This document shows, in pieces, positions 12,701 through 27,200 of a stretch of 64,000 bases of DNA. A program made the translations under genes and the position numbers. The stretch is taken from NCBI GenBank assembly GCA_038087875.1, contig JAXLNO010000543.1, positions 1-64,000 on the forward strand, given 5' to 3'. Source of the DNA: Malacoraja senta. Taxonomy: Eukaryota. The notes under the pieces were generated by a model. It did not search any database, had not been told where the DNA came from, and was given only the letters and a program-made list of their open reading frames with translations. Numbering within the stretch: the first letter of the stretch is position 1; every line of letters begins with the position of its first letter.

Positions 12701-15700
12701 TTCATCGCTTTTCTTGTGCTGAAATGTTGGCGCTTTTCGCCTGCTGAAATTTCGTCGCCTTTCATGTTCTGAAATTTCGTCGCTTTATGCGTCCTGTAAT
12801 TTCCTCACTTTTCGCATGCTGAATTTTCGTCGTTTTTTTTTTGTCTTCTGAAATTTCGGTGCTTTATGTGTGCAGATATTTCGTCGCTTTTCATGTCCTG
12901 AAATTTCGTCAATTTTGCCGTGCTGAATTTTCGTAGCTTTTCATGTCCTGAAAGATCGTCGCTTTTCGCGTGCTGAAATTTTGTCGCTTTTTGCGTGCTG
13001 ATATTTCGTCGCTTTTCTCATCCTGAAATTTCATCACTTTTGGCGTGCTGAATTTTTGTCGCTTTTCATGTCCTGAAGGATCGACGCTTTTCATGTCATG
13101 AAGGATCGTAGCATTTCGCGTTCTGAATTTTCGTCGCTTTTCGTCTGCTTGATTTTCATCGCTTTACGTGTCCTGAAATTTCATCACTTTAGGCGTCCTG
13201 AAGGTTCGTCACTTTTCATTTGCTGAATTTTCATCGCTTTTCACAAGCTGAATTTTTGTCATTTTACGCGTGCTGAATTTTTGTCACTTTACGCATGCTG
13301 AATATTCGTTGATTTTAATGTCCTGAAGTTTCCTCTTTTCGCGTGCTGAATTTTCATCACTTTTCGCCTTCAGAATTTTCGTCGCTTTTCGCGTGCTGAA
13401 ATTTAGTCGCCTTTCATGTCCTGAAATTTCGTCGCCTTTCATGTCCTGAAATTTCATCGCCTTTCATGTCCTGAAATTTCATCACTTTATTCGTCCTGAT
13501 ATTACGTCACTTTTCGCATACTGAATTTTCGTCGCTTTTTGTGTGCTGAAATTTCAGCGCTTTTCATGTGTTGAAATTTTGTCGCTTTTCATGTCCTGAA
13601 ACGTCGTCGCTTTATGCATCCTATAATCTTGTCTAATTTCGCATGCTGAATTTTATTCGCTTTTTGTGTGCTGAAATTTCAGCGCTTTTCATGTGCTGAT
13701 CTTTCATCAATTTAGGTGTCCTGAAGGTTCATCACTTTTCACTTGCTGAATTTTCATTGCTTTTCACAGGCTGAATGTACGTCGTTTTTCGCATGCAGAA
13801 TATTCGTTGGTTTTAATGTCCTGAAGTTTCCTCTTTTCGCGTGCTGAATTTTCATAACTTTTCGCATTCTGAATTTTCATTGCTTTTCGTGTGCTGAAAT
13901 TTCGCCGCTTGTCACGTTTTTAAATTTAGTCGTTTTATGCGTCCTGATGTTTCATCGCTTTATGCGTCCTGATGTTTCGTCACTTTTCACGTCCTGAAAT
14001 TTCATCGCCTTTTGTGTGCTGAAATTTTGGCGCTTTTCACCTGCTGAAATTTCGTCGCCTTTCATGTTCTGAAATTTCGTCACTTTATGCGTCCTGTAAT
14101 TTCCTCACTTTTCGCATGCTGCATTTTCGTCGCTTTTTGTGTGCTGTAATTTCGGTGCTTTATGTGTGCTGATATTTCGTCGCTTTTCACGTCCTGAAAT
14201 TTCGTCACATTTGCCGTGCTGAATTTTCGTCGCTTTTGACGTCCTGAAGGATCGTCGCTTTTCGCATGCTGAAATTTCGTCGATTTTCGTGTGCTGATAT
14301 TTCGTCGCTTTTCACATCCTGTAATTTCGTCACTTTTCGCATGCTGAATTTTCGTCGCTTTTTGTGTGCTGTAATTTCGGTGCTTTATGTGTGCTGATAT
14401 TTCGTCGCTTTTCACGTCCTGAAATTTCGTCACTTTTGGCGTGCTGAATTTTCATCGCATTTCACAGGCTGAATTTTCGTCGCTTTTCGCGTGCTGAAAT
14501 TTAGTCGCCTTTCACGTCCTGAAATTTCGTCGCCTTTCGCGTCCTGAAATTTCGTCGCTTTTCACGTCCTGATATTACGTCGCTTTTCGCCTGCTGAATT
14601 TTCGTCGCTTTTCACGTCCTGAAGGATCGTCGCTTTTCCCGTGCTGAAATTTCGTCGCTGTTCGTGTGCTGATATTTCGGCGATTTTCACATCCTGAAAT
14701 TTCGTCACTTTTGGCTTGCTGAATTCTTGTCGCTTTTCGTGTGCTGAATTTTCGTCACTTTTCACGTGCTGAATTATCGTCGCTTTTCGTGTCCTGAAGT
14801 TTCGTCACTTTTCACCTGCTGAATTTTCATCGCTTTTCACAGGCTGAATTTTCGTCGCTTTTCGCGTGCTGAAATTTAGTCGCCTTTCATGTCCTGAAAT
14901 TTCGTCGCCTTTCATGTCCTGAAATTTCATCGCCTTTCATGTCCTGAAATTTCGTCGCTTTATTCGTCCTGATATTACGTCACTTTTCGCGTACTGCATT
15001 TTCGTCGCTATTTGTGTGCTGAAATTTCGGCGCTTTTCATGTGTTGAAATTTCGTCGCTTTTCATGTCCTGAAACGTCGTCGCTTTATGCATCCTATAAT
15101 CTTGTCTAATTTCGCATGCTGAATTTTATTCGCTTTTTGTGTGCTGAAATTTCAGCGCTTTTCGTGTGCTGATCTTTCATCACTTTATGTGTCCTGAAGG
15201 TTCATCATTTTTCACTTGCTGAATTTTCATCGCTTTTCACAGGCTGAATATACGTTGTTTTTCGCGTGCAGAATATTCATTGGTTTTAATATCCTGAAGT
15301 TTCCTCTTTTCGCGTGCTGAATTTTCATCACTTTTCGCATTCTGAATTTTCATCGCTTTTCGTGTGCTGAAATTTCGCCGCTTGTCACATTTTTAAATTT
15401 AGTCGTTTTATGCATCCTGATGTTTCATCGCTTTATGCGTCCTGATGTTTCGTCACTTTTCACGTCCTGAAATTTCATCGCTTTTTGTGTGCTGAAATTT
15501 TGGCGCTTTTCGCCTGCTGAAATTTCGTCGCCTTTCATGTTCTGAAATTTCGTCGCTTTATGCGTCCTGTAATTTCCTCACTTTTCGCATGCTGAATTTT
15601 CGTCACTTTTTGTGTTCTGAAATTTCGGTGCTTTATGTGTGCTGATATTTCGTCGCTTTTCACGTCCTGAAATTCCGTCACATTTGCCGTGCTGAATTTT

Positions 15701-18700
15701 CGTCGCTTTTCACGTCCTGAAGGATCGTCGCTTTTCGCGTGCTGAAATTTCGTAGATTTTCGTGTGCTGATATTTCGTCGCTTTTCACATCCTGTAATTT
15801 CGTCACTTTTCGCATACTGAATTTTCGTCGCTTTTTGTGTGCTGTAATTTCGGTGCTTTATGTGTGCTGATATTTCGTCGCTTTTCACGTCCTGAAATTT
15901 CGTCACTTTTGGCGTGCTGAATTTTCATTGAATTTCACAGGCTGAATTTTCGTCGCTTTTCGCGTGCTGAAATTTCGTCGCCTTTCATGTCCTGAAATTT
16001 CGTCGCCTTTCACGTCCTGAAATTTCGTCGCCTTTCACATCCTGAAATTTCGTCGCTTTTCACGTCCTGATATTACGTCGCTTTTCGCCTGCTGAATTTT
16101 CGTCGCTTTTCACGTCCTGAAGGATCGTCGCTTTTCCCGTGCTGAAATTTCGTCGCTTTTCATGTGCTGATACTTCGGCGATTTTCACATCCTGAAATTT
16201 CGTCACTTTTGGCGTGCTGAATTCTTGTCGCTTTTCGTGTGCTAAATTTTCGTCACTTTTCACGTGCTGAATTATCGTCGCTTTTCGTGTCCTGAAGTTT
16301 CGTCACTTTTCACCTGCTGAATTTTCATCGCTTTTCACAGGCTGAATTTTCGTCGCTTTTCGCGTGCTGAAATTTAGTCGCCTTTCATGTCCTGAAATTT
16401 CATCGCCTTTCATGTCCTGAAATTTCGTCGCTTTATTCGTCCTGATATTACGTAACTTTTCGCATACTGAATTTTCGTCGCTTTTTGTGTGCCGAAATTT
16501 TGGCGCTTTTCGCCTGCTGAAATTTCGTCGCCTTTCATGTTCTGAAATTTCGTCGCTTTATGCGTCCTGTAATTTCCTCACTTTTCGCATGCTGAATTTT
16601 CGTCGCTTTTTATGTTCTGAAATTTCGGTGCTTTATGTGTGCTGATATTTTGTCGCTTATCACGTCCTGAAATTTCGTCACTTTTGCCATGCTGAATTTT
16701 CGTCGCTTTTCACGTCCTGAAGGATCGTCGCTTTTCGCGTGCTGAAATTTCGTCGCTTTTCGTGTGCTGATATTTCGTCGCTTTTCACTTCCTGAAATTT
16801 CGTCACTATTGGCGTGCTGAATTTTTGTCACTTTTCACGTCCTGAAGGATCGACACTTTTCATGTCCTGAAGGATCGTAGCATTTCGCATGCTGAATTTT
16901 CGTCGCTTTTCGCTTGCTTAATTTTCGTCTCTTTATGTGTCCTGAAATTTCGTCACTTTAGGCGTCCGGAAGGTTTGTCACTTTTCACTTGCTGAATTTT
17001 CATCGCTTTTCACAGGCTGAATTTTTGTCATTTTATGCGTGCTGAATTTTTGTCACTTTACGCATGCTGAATATTCGTTGGTTTTAATGTCCTGAAGTTT
17101 CCTCTTTACGCGTGCTGAATTTTCATCACTTTTCGCCTTCAGAATTTTCGTCGCTTTTCGTGTGCTGAAATTTCGCCGCTTTTAACGTTTTGAAATTTCG
17201 ACGTTTTATGCGTCCTGATGTTTCATCGCTTTATGCGTCCTGATGTTTCGTCACTTTTCACATCCTGAAATTTCGTCGCTTTTCATGTTCTGTAATTTCG
17301 TCGCTTTATGCGTCCTGTAATTTCGTCACTTTTCGCATGCTGAATTTTCGTCGCTTTTTGTGTGCTGTAATTTCGGTGCTTTATGTGTGCTGATATTTCG
17401 TCGCTTTTCACGTCCTGAAATTTCGTCACTTTTGGCGTGCTGAATTTTCATCGCATTTCACAGGCTGAATTTTCGTCGCTTTTCGCGTGCTGAAATTTAG
17501 TCGCCTTTCATGTCCTGAAATTTCGTCGCCTTTCATGTCCTGAAATTTCTTCGCCTTTCACGTCCTGAAATTTCGTCGCCTTTCACGTCCTGAAATTTCG
17601 TCGCTTTTCACGTCCTGATATTTCGGCGATTTTCTCATCCTGAAACTTCGTCACTTTGGCGTGCTGAATTCTTGTCGCTTTTCGTGTGCTGAATTTTCGT
17701 CACTTTTCACGTGCTGAATTATCGTCGCTTTTCGTGTGCTGAAATTTAGTCGCCTTTCATGTCCTGAAATTTCGTTGCCTTTCATGTCCTGAAATTTCGT
17801 CGCCTTTCATGTCCTGAAATTTTGTCGCTTTATTCGTCCTGATATTACGTCACTTTTCGCGTACTGAATTTCCGTCGCTTTTTGTGTGCTGAAATTTCGC
17901 CACTTGTGTTGAAATTTTGGCGCTTTTCTTGTCCTGAAATGTCGTCGCTTTATGCATCCTATAATCTTGTCTAATTTCGCATGATGAATTTTATTCGCTT
18001 TTTGTGTGCTGAAATTTCAGCGCTTTTCTTGTGCTGATCTTTCATCACTTTAGGTGTCCTGAAGGTTCATCACTTTTCACGTGCTGAATTTTCATCGCTT
18101 TTCACAGGCTGAATTTACGTCGTTTATCGCGGGCAGTATTTTTGTCACTTTACGCGTGCTGAATATTCGTTGGTTTTAATGTCCTGAAGTATCCTCTTTT
18201 CGCGTGCTGAATTTTCATCACTTTTCGCATTCTGAATTTTCATCGCTTTTCGTGTACTGAAATTTCGCCGCTTGTCACGTTTTTAAATTTCGTCGTTTTA
18301 TGCGTCCTGATGTTTCATCGCTTTATGCGTCCTGATGTTTCGTCACTTTTCACGTCCTGAAATTTCATCGCTTTATGTGTGCTGAAATGTTGGCGCTTTT
18401 CGCCTGCTGAAATTTCGTCGCCTTTCATGTTCTGAAATTTCGTCGCTTTATGCGTCCTGTAATTTCCTCACTTTTCGCATGCTGAATTTTTGTCGCTTTT
18501 TGTGTTCCGAAATTTCGGTGCTTTATGTGTGCTGATATTTCATCGCTTATCACGTCCTGAAATTTCGTCACTTTTGCCGTGCTGAATTTTCGTCGCTTTT
18601 CACGTCCTGAAGGATCGTCGCTTTTCGCGTGCTGAAATTTCGTCGGTTTTCGTGTGCTGATATTTCGTCGCTTTTCACATCTTGAAATTTCGTCACTTTT

Positions 18701-21400
18701 GGCGTGCTGAATTTTTGTCGCTTTTCACATCCTGAAGGATCGACGGTTTTCATGTCCTGAAGGATCGTAGCATTTCGCGTTCTGAATTTTCGTCGCTTTT
18801 CGCCTGCTTAATTTTCGTCGCTTTACGTGTCCTGAAATTTCGTCACTTTAGGCGTCCTGAAGGTTCGTCACTTTTCACTTGCTGAACTTTCATCGCTTTT
18901 CACAGGCTGAATTTTCGTCGTTTTACGCGTGCTGAATTTTTGTCACTTTACGCATGCTGAATATTCGTTGATTTTAATGTCCTGAAGTTTCCTCTTTTCG
19001 CGTGCTGAATTTTGATCACGTTTCACCTTCAGAACTTTCGTCGCTTTTCGTGTGCTGAAATTTCGCCGCTTTTAACGTTTTGAAATTTCGTCGTTTTATG
19101 CGTCCTGATGTTTCATCGCTTTATGCGTCCTGATGTTTCGTCACTTTTCACATCCTGAAATTTCGTTGCTTTTCATGTTCTGTAATTTCGTCGCTTTATG
19201 CGTCCTGTAATTTCATCACTTTTCGCATGCTGAATTTTCGTCGCTTTTTGTGTGCTGTAATTTCGGTGCTTTATGTGTGCTCATATTTCGTCGCTTTTCA
19301 CGTCCTGAAATTTCGTCACTTTTGCCGTGCTGAATTTTCATCGCTTTTCACGTCCTGAAGGATCGTCGCTTTTCGCGTGCTGAAATTTCGCCGATTTTCG
19401 TGTGCTGATATTTCGTCGCTTTTCACATCCTGTAATTTCGTCACTTTTCGCATGCTGAATTTTCGTCGCTTTTTGTGTGGTGTAATTTCAGTGCTTTATG
19501 TGTGCTGATATTTCGTCGCTTTTCACGTCCTGAAATGTCATCACTTTTGGCGTGCTGAATTTTCGTCGCTTTTCGTGTGCTGAAATTTCGTCGCCTTTCA
19601 TGTTCTGAAATTTCGTCGCCTTTCACGTCCTGAAATTTCGTCCCCTTTCACGTCCTGAAATTTCGTCGCTTTTCACGTCCTGATATTACGTCGCATTTCG
19701 CCTGCTGAATTTTCGTCGCTTTTCACGCCCTGAAGGATCGTCGCTTTTCCCGTGCTGAAATTTCGTCGCTTTTCGCGTGCTGAAATTTAGTCGCCTTTCA
19801 TGTCCTGAAATTTCATCGCCTTTCATGTCCTGAAATTTCGTCGCTTTATTCGTCCTGATATTACGTCACTTTTCGCGTACTGAATTTTCGTCGCTTTTTG
19901 TGTGCTGAAATTTCGGCGCTTTTCATGTGTTGAAATTTCGTCGCTTTTCATGTCCTGAAACGTCGTCGCTTTATGCATCCTATAATCTTGTCTAATTTCG
20001 CATGCTGAATTTTATTCGCTTTTTGTGTGCTGAAATTTCAGCGCTTTTCGTGTGCTGATCTTTCATCACTTTAGGTGTCCTGAAGCTTCATCACTTTTCA
20101 CTTGCTGAATTTTCATCGCTTGTCACAGGCTGAATGTACGTCGTTTTTCGCGTGCAGAATATTTGTTGGTTTTAATGTCCTGAAGTTTCCTCTTTTCGCG
20201 TGCTGAATTTTCATCACTTTTCGCATTCTGAATTTTCATCGCTTTTCGTGTGCTGAAATTTCGCCGCTTGTCACATTTTTAAATTTCGTCGTTTTATGCG
20301 TCCTGATGTTTCATCGCTTTATGCGTCCTGATGTTTCGTCACTTTTCACGTCCTGAAATTTCATCGCTTTTTGTGTGCTGAAATTTTGGTGCTTTTCGCC
20401 TGCTGAAATTTCGTCGCCTTTCATGTTCTGAAATTTCGTCGCTTTATGCGTCCTGTAATTTCCTCACTTTTCGCATGCTGAATTTTTGTCGCATTTTGTG
20501 TTCTGAAATTTCGGTGCTTTATTTGTGCTGATATTTCGTCGCTTATCACGTCCTGAAATTTCGTCACTTTTGCCGTGCTGAATTTTCGTCGCTTTTCACG
20601 TCCTGAAGGATCGTCGCTTTTCGCGTGCTGAAATTTCGTCGATTTTCGTGTGCAGATATTTCGTCGCTTTTCACATCCTGAAATTTCGTCACTTTTGGCG
20701 TGCAGAATTTTTGTCGCTTTTCACATCCTGAAGGATCGACGCTTTTCATGTCCTGAAGGATCGTAGCATTTCGCGTGCTGAATTTTCATCGCTTTTCACA
20801 GGCTCAATTTTCGTCGTTTTACGCGTGCTGAATTTTTGTCACTTTGCGCATGCTGAATATTCGTTGGTTTTAATGTCCTGAAGTTTCCTCTTTTCGCGTG
20901 CTGAATTTTCATCACTTTTTGCCTTCAGAATTTTCGTCGCTTTTCGTGTGCTGAAATTTCACCGCTTTTAACGTTTTGAAATTTCGTCGTTTTATGCGTC
21001 CTGATGTTTCATCGCTTTATGCGTCCTGATGTTTCGTCACTTTTCGCATGCTGAATTGTTGTCGCTTTTTGTGTGCTGTAATTTCGGTGCTTTATGTGTG
21101 CTGATATTTCGTCGCCTTTCACATCCTGAAATTTCGTCGCTTTTCATGTTCTGTAATTTCGTCGCTTTATGCGTCCTGTAATTTCGTCACTTTTCGCATG
21201 CTGAATTTTCGTCGCTTTTTGTGTGCTGTAATTTCGGTGCTTTATGTGTGCTGATATTTCGTCGCTTGTCACATCCTGAAATTTCGCCGCCTTTCATGTC
21301 CTGAAATTTCCGCGCCTTTCACGTCCTGAAATTTCGGCGCCTTTCACGTCCTGAAATTTCGTCGCCTTTCACGTCCTGAAATTTCGTCACCTTTCACGTC
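724..21400. repeat. Left HOR domain: ~2,221-bp (89-monomer) higher-order repeat and deletion derivatives
   Basis: The marker CCTATAATCTTGTCTAAT starts at 2316, 4537, 6757, 8978, 11124, 12445, 13620, 15093, 17958 and 19979 (spacings 2221, 2220, 2221, 2146, 1321, 1175, 1473, 2865, 2021). The right boundary is approximate. Confidence 0.9.
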
Positions 21401-24400
21401 CTGAAATTTCGTCGCTTTTCATGACCTGATATTACGTCGCTTTTCGCCTGCTGAATTTTCGTCACTTTTCAAGTGATCGTCTCTTTTCCCGTGGTGAAAT
21501 TTCGTCGCTTTTCGTGTGCTGATATTTCGCCGATTTTCACATCCTGAAATTTCGTCACTTTTGGCGTGCTGAATTCTTGTCGCTTTTCGTGTGCTGAATT
21601 TTCGTCAATTTTCACGTGCAAATTTTTTGTCGCTTTTCGCATGGTGAATTTTCGTCGCTGTTTGCGTGCTTCATTTTCATTGCTTTTCGCTTCTTGAAGG
21701 TTCATCGCTTATCGCATGCAGAATTTTCGTCGCTTTTCACATGCTGAAATTTCGTCGCCATTCGTCCTGATATTACGTCTCTTTTCGCGTGCTGAATTTT
21801 TGTTGCTATTTGCATGCTGAATTTTCATCGCTTTTCGCGTGCTAAATTTTCGTCACTTTTCACGTTCTGAAATTTAGTCGCTTTTCGCATGCTGAATTTT
21901 CGTCGCTTTTTGTGTGCTGAAATTTTCGGCGCTTTTGGTGCACTGATATTTCGTCACTTTTCACGTCCTGAAATTTCGTCACATTTGGCGTGCTGAATTT
22001 TCGTTGCTTTTCACGTCCTGAAGGATCATCGCTTTTCGCATGCTAAATTTTCGTCGCTTTTCACGTTCTGAAATTTAGTCACTTCTCGCGTGTGTGCAGA
22101 ATTTCCGTCGCTTTTCGTGTCCTGGTTTGTCGCTTTAGGCGTGCTAAATTTTGGTCACTTTTCACGTTCAGAAATTTCGTCGCTTTATGCGTCCTGATAT
22201 TTCGTCGCTTTATGCGTCCTGATGTTTCGTCGCTTTTCGCATGCTGAATTTTCGTTGGTATTACCGTCCTGAAATTTAACGTCTTTGTGTGTGCTGAAAT
22301 TTCGGCGCTTTTCATCTGCTGAGATTGCGTCGCTTTTAATGTTCTGAAATTTCATCGCTTTATGCGTCCTGTAATTTCGTCACTTTCGCATGCTGAATTT
22401 TTGTCGCTTTTTGTGTGCTTCATTTTCATCGCTTTTCGCTTCTTGAAGGTTCGTCGCTTATCGCATGCTGTATTTTCATCGCTTTTCGCGTGCAAAAATT
22501 TAGTCGCCTTTCATGTTGGGAAATTTCATCACCTTTCATGTCCTGAAATTTTGTCGCTATATTCGTCCTGATATTACGTCGCTTTTCGCGTGCAGAATTT
22601 TTGTTGGTTTTTGCATGCTGAATTTTCATCGCTTTTCGCGTGCAAAATTTTGGTCACTTTTCACGTTCCGAAATTTAGTCACTTTTCGCGTGCGTAATTT
22701 CCGTCGCTTTTCACATCCTGAAGGATCGTCGCTTTTCACGTCCTGAAGGATCATTACTTTTCGTGTGCTGAATTTTCGTTGCTTTTCGCGTGCAGAATTA
22801 TCTTCGCTTTTCGCATCCTGAAGGTTCGTCACTTTTCACATGCTGAAATTTCTTCGCCTTTCATGCCCTGAAATTTTGTCGCCTTTCATGTCCCGAAATT
22901 TCGTCGCATTATTCATCCTGATATTACGTAGATTTTCGCGTGCTGAATGTTTGTCGTGTTTTGCCTGCTGAATTTTCATCGCTTTTCGCGTGCTGAATTT
23001 TCATCAGGTTGTGCGTGCTGAATTTTTGTTGGTTTTAACGTCCTGAAGGTTCCTCTCTTTTCACGTGCTAAATTTTGTCGCTTTTCGCATGCTGAATTTT
23101 CGTTGCTTTTTGTGTGCTGAAATATTCGGTGCTTTTCGTGTGCTGATATTTCATCACTTTTCACGTCCTGAAATGTTGTCACATTTGGCATGCTGAATTT
23201 TCGTTGCTTTTCACGTCCTGAAGGATCGTCGCTTTTCACGTGCTGAATTTTTGTGTCTTTTCGCATGCTAAATTTTTGTCGCTTTTCACGTTCTAAAATT
23301 TAGTCACTTCTCGCGTGCGGAATTTCAGTCGCTTTTCGCGTCCTGAAGGTTTGTCACTTTAGGCGTGCTGAATTTTGGTCACTTTTCACGTTCTGAAATT
23401 TCGTCGCTTTATGCATCCTGATGTTTCGTCGCTTTATGCGTCCTGATGTTTCGTCGCTTTTCGCATGCTGAATATTCATTGGTATTAACATCCTGAAATT
23501 TAACGTCTTTGTGTGTGCTGAAATTTCGGCGCTTTTCGTCTGCTGAAATTTCGTTGCTTTTCATGTTCTGAAATTTCGTTGCTTTATGCGTCCTGTAATT
23601 TCATCACTCTTCGCATGCTGAATTTTCGTCGCTTTTTGTGTGATGAAATTTCAGCGCTTTTCGTGTGCTGATATTTCGCCGCTTTTCACATCCTGAAATG
23701 TCATCACTTTTGGCGTGCTGAATATTCGTTGCTTTTCACGTCCTGTAGGATCGTCATTTTTCGTGTGCAAAATTTTTCTCGCATTTCGCGTGGTGAATTT
23801 TCGTCGCTGTTTGCGTGCTTCAATTTCATCGCTTTTCGCTTCTTGAAGGTTCGTCGATTATTGCATGCAGAATTTTCGTCGCTTTTCGCGTGCTGAAATT
23901 TCGTCGCCTTTCATGTGCATAAATTTCGTTACCTTTCACGTCCTGAAATTTTGTCGCTTTATTCGTCCTGATATTATGTCGCTTTTCGCGTGCTGAATTT
24001 TTGTTGCTTTTTGCATGCTGAAATTTCATTGCTTTTCGCGTGCTAAATTTTCGTCACTTTTCACGTGCTAAATTTTCATCGTTGGTTTTAACGTCCTGAA
24101 GGTTCCTCTCTTTTCACGTGCTGAATTTCTGTTAATTTTCGTGTGCTGACATTTCGCCGCTTTTCACGTTCTGAAATTTTGTCGCTTTATGCGTCCTGTA
24201 ATTTCGGCGCATTTTGCATGCTGAATTTCTGTCGCTTTTTGTGTGCTCAAACTTCGGCGCTTTACGTGTGCTGAATTTTCGTCACTTTTCACGTCCTGAT
24301 CGTCGCTTTTCACGTCCTGAAGGATCATTACTTTTCGCGTGCTGAATTTTCGTTGCTTTTCGTGTGCTGAATTATCTTCGCTTCTCGTGTCCTGAAGGTT

Positions 24401-27200
24401 CGTCACTTTTCACATGCTGAACTTTTGTCGCCTTGCGTGTCCTGAAATTTTGTCGCCTTTCACGTCCTGAAATTTCATCGCATTATTCATCCTGATATTA
24501 CGTCGCTTTTCGTGTGCTGATTTTTTTTCGTGTTTTGCATGCTGAATTTTCATCACATTTCGCGTGCTAAATTTTCGTCACTTTTCACGTTCTGAAATGT
24601 AGTCACTTTTCGCGTGCGGAATTTCCGTCGTCTTTTCGCGCCTGAAGGTTTGTCGCTTTTGGCGTGCTGAATTTTCATCACTTTACGCGTGCTGAATTTT
24701 CGTTGGTTTTAACGTCGTAAAGTTTCCTCTCTTCTCACATGCTGAATTTCGTCGCTTTTCGCGTCCTGGTTTGACGCTTTATGCGTGCTGAATTTTGGTC
24801 ACTTTTCACGTTCTGAAATTTCGTCGCTTTATGTGTCCTGATGTTTCGTCGCTTTATGCGTCCTGATGTTTAGTTGCTTTTCGCATGCTGTATTTTCGTT
24901 GGTTTTAACATCGTGAAATTTAACGTCTTTGTGTGTGCTGAAATTTCGGCGCTTTACATCTGCAGAAATTTCGTCGCTTTTCATGTTCTGAAATTTCGTA
25001 GCTTTATGCGTCCTGTAATTTCGTCACTTTTCGCATGCTGAATTTTAATCGCATTTTGTGGTGAAATTTCGGCGCTTTTCGTGTGCTGATATTTCGTCGA
25101 TTTTCACGTCCTGAAATTTCGTCACTTTTGGCGTGCTGAATTTTCGTCGCTTTTCACGTCCTGAAGGATCGTTGCTTTTCACGTCCAGAAGGATCATTAC
25201 TTTTCGTGTGCTGAATTTTCGTTGCTTTTCGAGTGCTGAATTATCTTCGCTTTTCGTGTCCAGAAGGTTCGTCACTTTTCACATGCTGAAATTTTGTTGC
25301 CTTTCATGTCCTGAAATTTTGTCGCCTTTCACATCCTGAAATTTTTATCGCATTATTCATCCTGATATTACGTCGCTTTTCGCGTGCTGAATTTTTGTCG
25401 CGTTTTGCATGCTGAATTTTCATTGCGTTTCGCCTGCTAAATTTTCGTCACTTTTCACATTCTGAAATGTAGTCACTTTTCGCGTGCGGAATCTCCGTAG
25501 TTTTTTCGCGCCTGAAGATTTGTCGCTTTTGGCGTGCTGAATTTTCATCACTTTACGTGTGCTGAATTTTCGTTGGTTTTAACATCCTGAAGTTTCCTCA
25601 CTTCTCACGTGCTAAATTTCGTCGCATTTCACATGCTGAATTTTCGTCGCTTTTTGTGTGCTGAAATTTTCGGCACTTTTCGTGTGCTGATATTTCGTCA
25701 CTTTTCACGTCCTGAAATTTCATCACATCTGGCGTGCTGAATTTTCGTCGTTTTTCACGTCCTGAAGGATCATCGCTTTTCACGTCCTGAAGGATCATCG
25801 CTTTTCGCATGCTAAATTTTCGTCGCTTTTCACGTTCTGAAATTTAGTCACTTTTCGCGTGTGGAATTTCCGTCACTTTTCGCGTCCTGAAGGTTTGACG
25901 CTTTATGCGTGCTGAATTTTGGTCACTTTTCACGTTCTGAAATTTTGTCGCTTTATGCGTCCTGATGTTTCGTTGCTTTATGCGTCCTGGTGTTTTGTCA
26001 CTTTTCGCATGCTGAAATTTTGTTGGTTTTAACGTCCTGAAATTTAACGTCTTTGTGTGTGCTGAAATTTCGGCGCTTTTCGTCTGCTGATATTTCGTCG
26101 ATTTCATCTGAAATGTTGTAACTTTATGCGTCCTGTAATTTCGTCACTTTTCGCATGCAGAATTTTCGTCGCTTTTTGTGTGCTGAAATTTCGGCGCTTT
26201 TCGTGTGCTGATATTTCGTCGCTTTTCACGTCCTGAAATTTCATCACTTTTGGCGTGCTGAATTTTCGTCTCTTTTCACGTCCTGAAGGATCGTCGCTTT
26301 TCGCATGCTGAATTTTCGACGCTTTTCGCGTGCTAAATTTTCGTCGCTTTTCACGTTCGCAAATTTACTAACTTTTCGCGTGCGGAATTTCCGTCGCATT
26401 TCGCGTCCTGAAGGTTTGTCGCTTATGCGTACAATATTTTCGTCACTTTTCACTTTCTGAAATTTCGTCACTTTATGCGTCCTGATGTTTCGCTGCTTTA
26501 TGCGTCCTGATCTTTCGTCGCTTTTTGCATGCTAAATTTTCATTGGTTTTAACATCCTGAAGGTTCCTTTCTTTTTGTGTGCTGAAATATAGGCGCTTTT
26601 CGCCTGCTGAAATTTCGTCGCTTTTCATGTGCTGAATTTTCGTCGCTTTTCGTGTGGTGAATTTCCGTCGCTTTTAGTATGCTGATATTTCGTCACTTTT
26701 CACGTCCTGAAATTTCGTCACTTTTCGTGTGCTGAATTTTTGTCGCTTTTTGCGTGCTTAATTTTCATCGTTTTTCATGTTCTGAAGTTTCGTCACTTTT
26801 TGCGTGCCAAATTTTCATCGCTTTTCGTGGGCTGAATTTTCGTCGATTTTCGTGTCCTGAAAGGTCATTCACTTTTCATGTGCGGAATTGTCATCGCTTT
26901 TCGCAGGCTGATTTTTCGTCGATTTTCGTGTGCTGAATTTTCATCGCCATTCACGTGCTTCATTTTTTTAAATCACTTTTTGCATGCTGAAGTTTTGTCG
27001 CTTTTCGCATCCTGAATTTACGTCGCTTTTCTTCAGCTGAATTATCGTCGCTTTTCGTGTTCTGAAATTTTGTCACTTTTCGCGTGCTGAATTTTCATCG
27101 ATTTTCGTGTCCTGAAAGCTCGTCACTTTTCATGTGCTGAATTTGTATTGCTTTTCACAGGCTGATTTTTCATCGATTTTCGTGTGCTGAAATTTCGTCG
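21400..27200. repeat. Diverged transition zone of the satellite with loosely conserved ~1.1-1.4-kb periodicity
   Basis: Left-domain markers disappear and monomers carry more private substitutions. GAAATTTAACGTCTTTGTGTGTG recurs near 22271, 23496, 24915 and 26039. Boundaries are approximate. Confidence 0.65.
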
